The notes: generated by a model not told the origin, from the letters alone. A stretch of 52,173 bases of DNA from Bacteroidota bacterium (GCA_947461105.1 CANHIG010000003.1:1-52173); one strand, 5' to 3'; shown: positions 39,182 through 49,677, counted from the stretch's first letter. Program-made: numbers and translations.

Positions 39182-39218
39182 TTTTACAGGTTGGGGTAAT
39201 TAAGGTTTAAAATTGATT

Positions 39219-40304
39219 TTAGTAACGTGGGTTAAATAGATAATTATTTTCAGCAAGTTTTTTCAAACCTCCGATGTAAGTAAGACTTAACTCAAATGCG
39301 AGTGGCTGGGTTGATTGCGCAATCGCAGCTTTTGAGTCTTTTTGTAATTGAGTTAAACGAACATCAAATGCGGCTCCAAATCTGAATTTATTGTATTCAA
39401 ATCCTAGTTTAGGGATGATATCTCTACCTACCCTACCCCAGCAACCCAAAAATAGAATTGCAGTCTTATCGTCAGAATTCAATATTTTATATCCTAATGT
39501 AGCTCCTAAATCAATCTCAGTTGATTTTGCCATGTATTGGAAGTAAGCACCAGGAATAATTAAAAACTTCTTTTTGATTTCAAATTCAAACCCTGCGCTG
39601 GCAGAGTGCCTGAAATCTCTTTTTGCGGCAGTACCAGTATTTAAAACATGATCACTAGGTCTTGCAATGTTAAACATAGAATAGCCAGAATAGAAAGTTA
39701 ACCAGTCAATTGGCTTAGTATTGAAAAACGCACCAGCGCTAAAGTTAAATGCTACTGGCTTGGTAGATACTGATAAAACTTCTCCTGCCTTTGAAGGGTC
39801 ATAAGTTAAATCAGGATTAAATCCGTCATTGAAAGTGTAATTAAAATTTAGCTTTCTAAATTCTAACTGCGGTTGGAAACCAACAGAAAGCTGAGTGCTT
39901 TTCTTTTTTCCGAAACCCAAGGTATAGGCCAAGTCAAGAGCGATTTTTGTATTGTTTATGGTATTGGTTTTGCCATAATATGGATTGCTAGCATCTGCTA
40001 TTGAGCGGAAATTCTGCATATCGTTTATCACCAATAATCCCACTCCAAGAGCATTTCCTTTCATTTTGTCTTTCAAAAGTGAAAAATCCACAGAGCCTGC
40101 GACAGTAGAATATGGCTGAATGTCTTTAGGAGCAAACCATTGACCACGATAGATAACATTTGCTCGGTAAAGCCCATCAAACTTACCGGCCAATGCTGGG
40201 TTCAAAGTGAGTGGAGACGCATAATATTGTGAGAAATGTATGTCCTGAGCATAAGTACCTATGCAACATACAAACATCAAAAATGGAAATAAAACTTTTC
40301 TCAT
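39219..40304 (-). CDS. PorP/SprF-family T9SS membrane protein
   Basis: QDIHFSQYYASPLTLNPALAG...YRGQW signature and C-terminal AFELSLTY. Confidence 0.92.
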   Translation of the reverse strand: MRKVLFPFLMFVCCIGTYAQDIHFSQYYASPLTLNPALAGKFDGLYRANVIYRGQWFAPKDIQPYSTVAGSVDFSLLKDKMKGNALGVGLLVINDMQNFRSIADASNPYYGKTNTINNTKIALDLAYTLGFGKKKSTQLSVGFQPQLEFRKLNFNYTFNDGFNPDLTYDPSKAGEVLSVSTKPVAFNFSAGAFFNTKPIDWLTFYSGYSMFNIARPSDHVLNTGTAAKRDFRHSASAGFEFEIKKKFLIIPGAYFQYMAKSTEIDLGATLGYKILNSDDKTAILFLGCWGRVGRDIIPKLGFEYNKFRFGAAFDVRLTQLQKDSKAAIAQSTQPLAFELSLTYIGGLKKLAENNYLFNPRY

Positions 40305-40370
40305 GATTTATGGGTTGAATAAATTTATTGTTACAATAATCGGTCTTTTATTTTATTTTATGAAATATTT

Positions 40371-43300
40371 CTAGCGCAATAATGCAAAACTGCCAACAAG
40401 ATTATTAACAATTGCTCCATTTGGCTGATTTGCATCAGGACTTGATATTTGAATGTAATATGTATATGTATCAATAGCAGCAATTAATCCACCTACTTTT
40501 CCATCCCATCCCGGAGCGACAGCTCCGCTATAGACCAACTGTCCCCAACGATTATAAATTCGCATTGAAATTACTGAAGCAGACGAACCAGGAGGGAAAT
40601 ATGGGTAAAAATACTCATTAGAACCATCTGCATTGGGGGAGAATCCTGTAGGTACTGCAAATAGTCCGGGTGGATTTACCGTTAATGAAAACGAGTCCAA
40701 TGCTGTGCAGCCATTAATCGCATCAAACACATAAACAGTATACAAGGTTGTTTCCAGAGGAGAAGCATTTGGACTTGCCAAAATAGAATCAGTGATGTAG
40801 GCTGTAGGAATCCAGTTATAAGTTAAGGATGGAGTATAGTTACTGCCTGAAATGTTTGAGAACAACTGGGTGCTATCTCCCTTGTTAATTGTATTCTTAT
40901 CGGCTGATGATGAAGCTTTTACTTTAAGACAATAAATATTTACTTGTTGACTTGAAGAGGCAGTACAATCGTTACCATCAGTGATAGTAAGCGCATAGAT
41001 CCCAGAATTGCTCACACTCAAATCGGAGTTGGTAGTTGAATTAGACCATAAGTATTGAGTATTCCCTGTAAAATCGGTAATGACAGGATTTAGATTTATA
41101 GAAGTATCGCAAGCACAAACATCAAAATCAGAACCTAGTGAAACTAATGGAGGAGTATAAACAAACACTACTGCTGAATCTTTAATTAAACATCCAGCAG
41201 CATTCTTTGCAACTACACCAAACTTAGTTGTATTAGAGACCGTTGCAATAGGGTTAGGCAAAGTAGAATCATTCAATAAACTTGCGGGAGTCCATGCAAA
41301 ATCAACGCCCTGCCCCGACATAAACAATTGCGCCTGACTTCCCGGGCAAACTGTATCTGGATTTACATCGATGGAATACAAAAAAGTAGAGAGACTTACA
41401 CAGACCGTATCTCGAACTTTACATCCATTATTATATGTAACCTCAGCTGTGTAGCATGTATTCTGAGCTGGAGCTGCTACAGGATTGAAGATTGATGTGT
41501 CACTAAGTGAAATACCCGGTGACCAAGAGATGCCAGTGATAGAAACACCGCTTGTTTGAGGTGTGAAACGATATGCATCAGGTGTTGAAACAGTCCATGC
41601 CTGGGCATCTCTACCCGGCACAGGAATGCCAATTGTTCCTGAAGAATCTTCTATTCCTTGCGTATGTGTAGTATTATCCGTCAAAGATTGTGTGTGTATC
41701 TCTATTACGTTAGTCCCTTCGTATAAATGTGCCTCGGTGGTCACTAACCCATTTCCCGAGAGAAAGGCAATTGCAGTATACCGAACTACTAATACCCTAT
41801 TAGGAGATATGCCTGAAATAAAGTAGTCTATGGTACCTCCATCTGGCGGATATAAGTCGTCCCAGCATAGGGAAATTATTCCATTTGGAGCAGCAGAGTT
41901 TGGCAAAACTGACGGAGCAGTGTATGAGCCTGTTTGTCCGGATACAAGGGTAAGAAACCCATTTGCATGGATATAAAATTTAGAGAAAGTTTTGCAGAAG
42001 AAATCAAAGTTGAATCCGATGTTTTGAACAGAAGTTATTTGATCATCACTAAGACTAAATGAGGTAGTAGAGCCGGTTGGAAGTATTGGGGCAAAGGGAA
42101 TTGCAGCTAGACTGTAATTTTTTACACAAGCCGGAGGTGCAGGATTTGTTTGAGCAACATTGAGCATCGCGCCACCAGAGCAAATTGTAGTATCATTAGT
42201 AACTGTAATTGCTACACCCGGATTTACAAATAGTGAAATCAAAGTGTCCCCGGTGCATGTTCCATCATCCACTGTTAGACTATAAGTGATATTCTTATCC
42301 ACTACAGCTTTAGGATTTATGCAATTAGAACAACTTAATCCACTGTTGGGAGTCCATGAAATATTATAAGACGGTAGAGGTGGAGTGCAATTCCCAAAAA
42401 TAATATTGGGTCTGATATTATATGCAATTGGATTTGTCAAATTACAACCCGATGTAGCACTGCCGATTGCAGCAATAGTTGCTCCATTGAAAGCATTTGA
42501 GACAAAAACCTCATCATTGCCAACGGAAGTTGTATTGTCAAAACATACTTCAACAATCAAATTAGAAAATCCGTCCCAATCAAAAGGTTGATCAAATATA
42601 AGTTTATTCCATGCACCTGTTGTAGTTGTAATTGTTTTTGGAGTGAAAACATTATCAAGTCCCGGAACAAAACCTGAAGCCGAGAGTTGGCTCAATGAAG
42701 TACATCCCATGCTGACACTGAATCCTCTATACCCAAGAGTAGAAGCTTTTGCTGTAACAAAAAAAGAAATATCTCTGATTGTTCCGCTGGTCATTCCTAG
42801 ACCCTGAAGTTCAGAAGAGAGAATTAAATACTGAGCCCTCGCATCCTGAACTCCACCCCGAAAAGGAGTAACAGTTAAAGATGCTGTATTGGAGCTCCCC
42901 AAAGTATCTGAACGAAATACACTCCCTGATGGGCAAGATAGTGCAAGACCACCAGGACTTAAACCGCATGCGAGTGCACTGATATTTGTTCTAAGCAAAA
43001 CTGTGTCACCGGGACATACATAGTTTTTGTCAGGACTTATTGAAATTCGAGGCGCAACTCCACTAACCTGAATTGTTGTAGTATCAGTTATTACACATCC
43101 ATCTTTTGAAGTTGCACTGATTGAGTATTTTGTTGTAACATATGGTCTTACTGTGGCGGATGTATTCGAATCAGTAGCTAAAATATTAGAAACACTCGGT
43201 TGCCATAGGAATGTATATGGACCTAAACTATCCGGCCTTGCTAAAAAATCAATTTCAGAAGAAGAAAATTTACAAATAACCGGACGAGTAACTGACAAAA

Positions 43301-44747
43301 ACTTCGAGAAACCACTTACCCTATTAATTGTGATGGTATCAAGTTGCTTGCAACCTCCAATCAAATTTCCCTTAACAACATAGGTGGTGGTAACTAATGG
43401 TGCAAATGATACAATATTGCTGTCCGCTGTGGCAGAAACCATTCCAACCGGGGCTCCTCCACCCAAAGTTGTCCAAGAAAAGTGACTCCCTCCTGTAACT
43501 AAAACAGATACTGGACCTCCTTCGAGGCAAAATGCTCTGTCAGGGCCGGCATTTACACCTTTTAGAACAGTTATGTCATAAGTAAGTATTTGATTTCCGG
43601 GAATTGGACAAACATTGTCAGTGACAGTAATTGTAAAATACCTGAATCCTGAGTCGAGCACCCCGGGTGTCCAAGTAAAGGTGATTTTAACCGAATCGGA
43701 TCGTCCGTTAATAGGCGTTGAGCTGAGCGAAGAGCCGGGAATTGATGTGGCGTTGTTAGAAGAAAAAGAGATTGGCTGCCCTGTAGGATCAGATGCTATA
43801 ATCGTAAAAGTAACTGTACCACCGGGACAAACCCCAACTGAATTGTTATCAATCACCTCTCCACCCGTTGTGTTAGTATTATTCAAATTTCCCTGAACAA
43901 CAGGCGGTGCATTATTACAGTTGATGACTACTATTTGAATATCTCTCATAGTAGTGCCGATTAAAACTCCATTTCGATATTCATAAACTAAAACGGAAAC
44001 AACATAATTTCCAACCGTTGTAGGCGAGAAAGTCATCTGGCCTGACTGCGGATCAAAAATAAATCCTCCGTTTGAGGGCACTGGATTTACAGGAGTGAAC
44101 GGACTTATATAAGCTAATGAGGTTCCAGTAGCACCTAATGGAGCAACCAGCGAAAAAACCAGAGAGTCGCCATCAGGTTCTGATGTGCCATGACTATAGT
44201 TGTATGTTTGCCCTATACAATAATATGGAACAGGATACGATGTAAATCTGGGGCCACTATTACAAATATTATTGTTGGTATTAATAGTAGTCTCGACATA
44301 CAAATCATAAATCTGTGAACTACTGATGTTATTTGAGGTATTTCTAGAGCCTTCTCCATAACCAACTATATAAATGCAATTTGGCGATAGAGAAACTACT
44401 GCTGTGAATGTATATACCTGAACTCCGGGAAGTGCCCCCCCATTACAGGTGCTGGATACGGATCCACAAAGTTGAGACACCTCTACTCCATTTGGATAAT
44501 TGGGATCCTGTGTGAGTATTTGAGATACAGAGCCACCACAAGATGATGTAATAGTAGCTGATATAGAACTTGAAATACTTATTCCACTACAATCGCGATA
44601 AAACTGATAAATAATTCTGTACTGCCCATTGCCCAAACATTCATAAGAGATATCTGCACCCTGAGCATGGGAAGCAAATAAATCAAGACTGCTAAATAAA
44701 GAGATTAAGAAAAAAAAGATCGATAAAGTCTTATTCAATTTTGCCAT
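40371..44747 (-). CDS. Large T9SS cargo with a type B (gliding-motility-associated) CTD, probable adhesin
   Basis: Signal peptide, SHAQGADISY start, Cys/Thr-rich Ig-like repeats and the CTD VPTGFSPNADGSNE...IYNRWGQLVY...GWDG...LLR. Confidence 0.9.
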   Translation of the reverse strand: MAKLNKTLSIFFFLISLFSSLDLFASHAQGADISYECLGNGQYRIIYQFYRDCSGISISSSISATITSSCGGSVSQILTQDPNYPNGVEVSQLCGSVSSTCNGGALPGVQVYTFTAVVSLSPNCIYIVGYGEGSRNTSNNISSSQIYDLYVETTINTNNNICNSGPRFTSYPVPYYCIGQTYNYSHGTSEPDGDSLVFSLVAPLGATGTSLAYISPFTPVNPVPSNGGFIFDPQSGQMTFSPTTVGNYVVSVLVYEYRNGVLIGTTMRDIQIVVINCNNAPPVVQGNLNNTNTTGGEVIDNNSVGVCPGGTVTFTIIASDPTGQPISFSSNNATSIPGSSLSSTPINGRSDSVKITFTWTPGVLDSGFRYFTITVTDNVCPIPGNQILTYDITVLKGVNAGPDRAFCLEGGPVSVLVTGGSHFSWTTLGGGAPVGMVSATADSNIVSFAPLVTTTYVVKGNLIGGCKQLDTITINRVSGFSKFLSVTRPVICKFSSSEIDFLARPDSLGPYTFLWQPSVSNILATDSNTSATVRPYVTTKYSISATSKDGCVITDTTTIQVSGVAPRISISPDKNYVCPGDTVLLRTNISALACGLSPGGLALSCPSGSVFRSDTLGSSNTASLTVTPFRGGVQDARAQYLILSSELQGLGMTSGTIRDISFFVTAKASTLGYRGFSVSMGCTSLSQLSASGFVPGLDNVFTPKTITTTTGAWNKLIFDQPFDWDGFSNLIVEVCFDNTTSVGNDEVFVSNAFNGATIAAIGSATSGCNLTNPIAYNIRPNIIFGNCTPPLPSYNISWTPNSGLSCSNCINPKAVVDKNITYSLTVDDGTCTGDTLISLFVNPGVAITVTNDTTICSGGAMLNVAQTNPAPPACVKNYSLAAIPFAPILPTGSTTSFSLSDDQITSVQNIGFNFDFFCKTFSKFYIHANGFLTLVSGQTGSYTAPSVLPNSAAPNGIISLCWDDLYPPDGGTIDYFISGISPNRVLVVRYTAIAFLSGNGLVTTEAHLYEGTNVIEIHTQSLTDNTTHTQGIEDSSGTIGIPVPGRDAQAWTVSTPDAYRFTPQTSGVSITGISWSPGISLSDTSIFNPVAAPAQNTCYTAEVTYNNGCKVRDTVCVSLSTFLYSIDVNPDTVCPGSQAQLFMSGQGVDFAWTPASLLNDSTLPNPIATVSNTTKFGVVAKNAAGCLIKDSAVVFVYTPPLVSLGSDFDVCACDTSINLNPVITDFTGNTQYLWSNSTTNSDLSVSNSGIYALTITDGNDCTASSSQQVNIYCLKVKASSSADKNTINKGDSTQLFSNISGSNYTPSLTYNWIPTAYITDSILASPNASPLETTLYTVYVFDAINGCTALDSFSLTVNPPGLFAVPTGFSPNADGSNEYFYPYFPPGSSASVISMRIYNRWGQLVYSGAVAPGWDGKVGGLIAAIDTYTYYIQISSPDANQPNGAIVNNLVGSFALLR

Positions 44748-44902
44748 CAGTTTTGCTCACTTTTTTACAATTTTATTAAAATATTTTAAAACCTCATTAA
44801 GCTCTTATTGGGAAAATTTAAGGACATATTTCAATCCGCTTAAACTCCATTATTTTTTCAATATACAACAAAAATTTGTGCGAAAAAAAATACCCACAAA
44901 TG

Positions 44903-44910
44903 CAAACTTA
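44903..44910 (-). promoter_or_regulatory. -7 box TAAGTTTG upstream of the T9SS cargo operon
   Basis: Exact TANNTTTG on the minus strand. Confidence 0.45.
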
Positions 44911-44987
44911 AAAGTCAATTTAATTTGACAGGGCAGTAGCCTATAATAATATTTTAATTTACCTATGTTATCTTCTAAATTTACATC

Positions 44988-45360
44988 ATGAAAATCTCAA
45001 TTCTTTCGAGTTTCATCTTAATTGCTTCACTGGCTGAAGCACAAAACGGCTTTAATCCCATAAAAGATGAAGCTGATGCTCGAAAAAAATCGCTCAAATT
45101 CCTACTAGTATTAATTCTATTCAATCCACTTTTACGCAGGAAAAAACCTTGCAGCGCTCTCTTATAAACTGATTTCAAAAGACAACTTTTACTTTGAAAG
45201 GAAAACAAAGTAAGGCTTGAATACAGCAGCCCATTTTAGTATCTGATGGTAATGAATAGCAGCAAAGTCTTGATGCAGGACAACGGCAAAAGCACAAAAA
45301 TGGATTTAAAATCAAATAAAATCTTTCAGCAAATCAATCGAATAATGACCGATTATATTC
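44988..45360 (+). pseudogene. Truncated, frameshifted LolA-like lipoprotein carrier
   Basis: Stitched reading: MKISILSSFILIASLAEAQNGF...SIQSTFTQEK/NLAALSYKLISKDNFYFE/ENKVRLEYSSPF*YLMVMN...SNKIFQQINRIMTD. Three frameshifts and one TAG. Confidence 0.7.
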
Positions 45361-45572
45361 ATGAAGAAGAGGCAAAAGAATAAAGATTTATATGGCTTTC
45401 AGAATTTTTCTCCACCAACTTCGGATTAAATAAAATGGGACATGGCAAACTGTTTTTCACATCTCAGAAAAGACTGGAAGCTATCGCAACTAAATACAAT
45501 CTCATTCTTGAAGTAGCTTAAGCACCGAAATATTCTTCAAATACAATTTGGACTTTGAGAAAAAAGATTTGA
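45361..45572 (+). pseudogene. C-terminal remnant of a SAM methyltransferase domain (as in MMPL/acyltransferase/methyltransferase fusions)
   Basis: WLSEFFSTNFGLNKMGHGKLFFTSQKRLEAIATKYNLILEVA*APKYSSNTIWTLRKKI*, with internal stops. Confidence 0.55.
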
Positions 45573-45619
45573 GACAGCTGCGCTATTTGATTCTATATCG
45601 CTTCGCTGTTAGATTATAA

Positions 45620-46034
45620 TTATAAGTTGATGAGCTGAGGTCCTGAGACCTTAATAATGTGGCAGCAATCTTTGGTTACAATAAAAGGAATCTACTTGAT
45701 AACTGCTCCATGACTATATATTCTATAAAAAACACCTCTGCTTCTTTCCTGAAATTCAGGTCTTTAATGTTGCTATCATCTATAACTAAGTAATAGCCAT
45801 TGTAAACATTACTTGAATCCTGAGTGAGAATAACTCCTCCGTTCAGTATGGTTTCTGTTTTTTGTATAACAATTGAATTTGGAGAATCAATAATCGAAGG
45901 TGTGATAGATCTGAAATCCATAGTACAAGCAACACCTTCACAGGATCCCAAGGACGGGTTTTGTTGCACTTGTGGCACAGCTAATCATAAATATAGCTAG
46001 TGCGCTTAAAACTATTGCTACTTTACTTTTTCAT
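45620..46034 (-). pseudogene. Frameshifted Cys-rich lipoprotein
   Basis: Stitched reading: M(K)SKVAIVLSALAIFMISC / ..SCEGVACTMDFRSIT...YYLVIDD... / GAVIK*IPFIVTKDCCHIIKVSGPQLINL*. Confidence 0.65.
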
Positions 46035-46087
46035 AAAAAAATTCATCCAAAATACTGAATTACCAGAAACCAATAGTTAAGTATTGT

Positions 46088-46471
46088 TTATTCAAATAAA
46101 TCCTCCAAATCTCTCCTGTTTCTTTTGGTCGGTCTGCCTTGCTTACTTTGGCGTTTTCCGGTTTGCTCTATAAAGGCTTTTACAGGTAGTTTGGTCTTGT
46201 CTTTTTCCGGAGTTAAATCAGTGTAGTGCTTTATGGCTTCTTCATAAGCCACTCTATTGCATAACAAGGCTGTAACCTTCACTAGTATTTTATCTCCGTT
46301 TTCTCTTTTGATTTCGTATTGGTCGCCAATGGCAACTTGCTTCGATGGCTTCACTTCGCTGCCAGCCATGCGCACTTTTTTACCTTCAATGGCATTTGCT
46401 ACCTGAGTGCGCGTTTTAAACATACGAATAGCCCAAAGGTATTTGTCTATTCGCAGTTTTTCCTCAGCCAT
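46088..46471 (-). CDS. hslR: S4-domain RNA-binding protein (Hsp15/HslR-like)
   Basis: RIDKYLWAIRMFKTR and GRPTKRNRR. Confidence 0.85.
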   Translation of the reverse strand: MAEEKLRIDKYLWAIRMFKTRTQVANAIEGKKVRMAGSEVKPSKQVAIGDQYEIKRENGDKILVKVTALLCNRVAYEEAIKHYTDLTPEKDKTKLPVKAFIEQTGKRQSKQGRPTKRNRRDLEDLFE

Positions 46472-46474
46472 GAT

Positions 46475-48103
46475 TTATTTTTCTAAAAAAGGATAACGAT
46501 AATCTGTAGGCGAAACAAAAGTCTCTTTAATCGTTTGCGGAGAAACCCAGCGCATCAGATTAATCATAGACCCTGCCTTGTCATTGGTTCCTGAGCCGCG
46601 CGCACCGCCAAATGGTTGCTGACCAACCACAGCGCCAGTTGGTTTGTCATTGATATAGAAATTCCCTGCTGCATTGCGCAGCTTTTTTGTTGCCTGCTCA
46701 ATGGCATATCTATCCTGTGAAAGAATGGCTCCTGTAAGTGCATAATTTGAAGTGCTATCTACTAAATCCATAGTCTCTTCAAATTTGTTTTCTTCATACA
46801 CATATACTGTAAGCACCGGACCAAATAATTCTTCACACATCGTCACATATTTTGGGTCGCTTACTTTTATGATAGTTGGCTCAATGAAATAGCCTTTTGA
46901 TTTATCGTAATTCCCTCCTGCAATGATTTCACAGTCCTTGTCTTTTTTCGCATTATCAATGTATGAAGCTAACTTGTCAAAAGACTTTTCATCAATTACT
47001 GCATTAATGAAATTGCTCAAATCTTCTGTGCCTCCTATTTGCATTGTTTTCAAATCAGCTGCGATATCTTTTTTTACCGCATCCCAAATATTTGATGGGA
47101 TATAAGCCCGTGAAGCAGCAGAGCATTTCTGCCCTTGATATTCAAATGCGCCACGAGAAAGTGCCACAGAAACTGCTTTTGCATCTGCAGATTTATGCGC
47201 CACAACAAAATCCTTTCCGCCTGTTTCACCAACTATTCGCGGATAGGTTTTGTATTTATGAATGTTAGTACCGATTTGCTGCCAGATAGTTTGGAACACT
47301 TTTGTAGAACCTGTAAAATGCAATCCTGCAAAATCAGAATGATTAAAAACCACCTCTCCGGCTTCAGGTCCATGAGGATAAACTAAGTTTATGACTCCAT
47401 CAGGAACTCCCGCTTCGCGGAAAATTTTCATCAATACGTAAGCTGAATAAATCTGTGTATCTGCAGGTTTCCAAACTACTACGTTACCCATCATGGCGCA
47501 ACTTGTTGGCAGATTTCCTGCAATGGCCGTGAAATTGAAAGGGGTAAGCGCAAAAACAAAACCTTCTAAAGGTCGCCATTCTGTTCTGTTCCACATTCCG
47601 GGGTTTGACTCAGGCTGCATGGTATAGATTTGAGTCATAAACTGCACATTGAAGCGCAGAAAGTCTATGATTTCACAGGCAGAATCTATTTCTGCCTGAT
47701 ACACATTTTTGGATTGACCAAGCATTGTTGCTGCATTTAACTCAGCCCTGTATGGTCCTGAAATTAAATCTGCGGCTTTCAGAAAAATAGCCGCACGCTG
47801 CTCCCAAGCTAAATTTTGCCATTGTTTGCGGGATGCAAGTGCTACATCAATGGCATCACTGACTTGATGCTTGGTGCTTCGATAAAAATATCCTAAAAGA
47901 TGCTTGTGGTCATGTGGCGGATGTATGGAGATTTTCTCTCCTGCTCTGATTTCCTTACCTCCGATATACATCGGAATATCGCGAACTTCAGCACGAAGCT
48001 CAGCGAGTTTTGCAATAATTTCTTTACGCTCTATACTTCCTAAACCGTATTGTTTTACTGGCTCATTTTTCGCAACCGGCACATGAAAAAATCCATTACT
48101 CAT
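46475..48103 (-). CDS. pruA: L-glutamate gamma-semialdehyde (P5C) dehydrogenase
   Basis: PFNFT, FTGST, GETGGK, YQGQKCSA, EELFGP and QQPFGGARGSGTNDKAG. Confidence 0.95.
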   Translation of the reverse strand: MSNGFFHVPVAKNEPVKQYGLGSIERKEIIAKLAELRAEVRDIPMYIGGKEIRAGEKISIHPPHDHKHLLGYFYRSTKHQVSDAIDVALASRKQWQNLAWEQRAAIFLKAADLISGPYRAELNAATMLGQSKNVYQAEIDSACEIIDFLRFNVQFMTQIYTMQPESNPGMWNRTEWRPLEGFVFALTPFNFTAIAGNLPTSCAMMGNVVVWKPADTQIYSAYVLMKIFREAGVPDGVINLVYPHGPEAGEVVFNHSDFAGLHFTGSTKVFQTIWQQIGTNIHKYKTYPRIVGETGGKDFVVAHKSADAKAVSVALSRGAFEYQGQKCSAASRAYIPSNIWDAVKKDIAADLKTMQIGGTEDLSNFINAVIDEKSFDKLASYIDNAKKDKDCEIIAGGNYDKSKGYFIEPTIIKVSDPKYVTMCEELFGPVLTVYVYEENKFEETMDLVDSTSNYALTGAILSQDRYAIEQATKKLRNAAGNFYINDKPTGAVVGQQPFGGARGSGTNDKAGSMINLMRWVSPQTIKETFVSPTDYRYPFLEK

Positions 48104-48126
48104 AACGAAATGTTTTTGACAATAAA

Positions 48127-49470
48127 TTATTTAAACAGCCAACGCATCAAGTCGTTTCCATTGGCATAAATCATCAGTCCGAAAATCAGAACCATACCCA
48201 CTACCTGCGCATGCTCCAGAAACTTATCACTTGGTTTGCGACCTGTAATCATTTCTACCAAAGTAAAAAGTGCGTGCCCGCCATCCAAAGCAGGAATTGG
48301 CAATAAGTTCATGAAAGCAAGAAGGATAGAAATGAATGCAGTGCTATTCCAGAAAGCCGTCCAGTCCCAGGTATCAGGGTATAATTTTGATATAGCCGCA
48401 AAGCCACCAAGTTGTTTGTAGCCCTTCAACTCAGGCGAGAAGATAATTCGAAACTGCTTCACATAATCACGCAGAATATGCCATGAATGCAATACTCCCG
48501 CAGGAAAACAAGTAAGTAAATTGTACTCTTTCTTTTCGATTTTGAAATAGTCAGTGATATTTCTGCCTACTACTTTCAGCAAAGCATCTTCTCCGATTTT
48601 TATTTTTTGGGAAACAGTTGAATCTCCCCTCTGAAGCGTGATTTCTATTTCCTTACCCTTGTTTCGTTGCAGAATGCTTCCAATTTCAGCAAAATACTGA
48701 ATCGGTACACTGCCCAGGGAAACTACCTTATCGCCCTTCTGTGCAAACCCATTGAGCGGAGATTCAGGAAAAATAGAATCCAGTTCACTAGGAAATGCAA
48801 GTTTTACGAAAGGTACTTTGCCTTCGCCATTGATAATTTGCTTGTAAACAGATTGCGGAATATTAATGTCAATCTTCTCCCCGTTTCTGTCAATATGAAG
48901 GACCTTTGCGTTATCTAATAGTAAATCTTTCACTACAGGTACCGTAGCATCTTCAAAAACTTTATCATCATAACCGATAAATTTGTCACCTGTTTTCAAA
49001 CCAATTGATTGAGCCAGAGAATCGCAAACAAAGCCGTATTGCGCATTTTTCATAGGAATACTTTCTTCCCCATTTTGCCATAGCAACATTGCATAAATGA
49101 AAAATGCTAAAAGAACATTTACAATAATTCCACCGAGCATAATGATGAGGCGCTGATAAGCAGGTTTTACACGAAATTCATCAGGCTGTGGAGGCCGTTT
49201 CAGCGCTTCTTCGTCCATGCTTTCATCCATCATTCCGGCAATTTTCACATAGCCGCCAAATGGAAACCAACCAAGTCCGTATTCTGTATCACCGATTTTC
49301 TTTTTAAATAAAGCAAAGTTGAGTAGACCCGGAAAAGGGAAAAGGAAATCAAAGAACAAATAGAACTTCTCTACACGTGTTTTGAAAAAACGAGCAGCCA
49401 GAAAGTGACCTAATTCATGGAGGGTTATGAGGATAGATAAACCAAGAAATAAATAAGTAATTCGAATCAT
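48127..49470 (-). CDS. rseP: RIP metalloprotease RseP
   Basis: HELGH, GGYVKIAGM, PDZ region and NLLPIPALDGG. Confidence 0.95.
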   Translation of the reverse strand: MIRITYLFLGLSILITLHELGHFLAARFFKTRVEKFYLFFDFLFPFPGLLNFALFKKKIGDTEYGLGWFPFGGYVKIAGMMDESMDEEALKRPPQPDEFRVKPAYQRLIIMLGGIIVNVLLAFFIYAMLLWQNGEESIPMKNAQYGFVCDSLAQSIGLKTGDKFIGYDDKVFEDATVPVVKDLLLDNAKVLHIDRNGEKIDINIPQSVYKQIINGEGKVPFVKLAFPSELDSIFPESPLNGFAQKGDKVVSLGSVPIQYFAEIGSILQRNKGKEIEITLQRGDSTVSQKIKIGEDALLKVVGRNITDYFKIEKKEYNLLTCFPAGVLHSWHILRDYVKQFRIIFSPELKGYKQLGGFAAISKLYPDTWDWTAFWNSTAFISILLAFMNLLPIPALDGGHALFTLVEMITGRKPSDKFLEHAQVVGMVLIFGLMIYANGNDLMRWLFK

Positions 49471-49645
49471 TATAGTTATTTTGAATAGCGATTTTTCACG
49501 GCTGATGCGCTAAGGTAAAAAGATTATTGATTTGGGTGATTTTTGGGAAGGGAGTTAAGGAATATTTGGTTTTGGAAAAGTAGTCATTTGTTGTGAATTT
49601 TCGATGTTCTTGGACGTTTCCACTGAAAGAAATGTAATTGCGAAA

Positions 49646-49677
49646 TTTGTTAAGAATAGGCAAAGTTAGTATATTTG
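49646..49677 (+). promoter_or_regulatory. Consensus promoter TTTG-N20-TATATTTG upstream of the desaturase
   Basis: TTTG at 49646-49649 and TATATTTG at 49670-49677. Confidence 0.65.

Noticed and set aside
44981-45208. 75-aa minus-strand ORF
   Set aside because: It is the antisense shadow of the LolA-like pseudogene.
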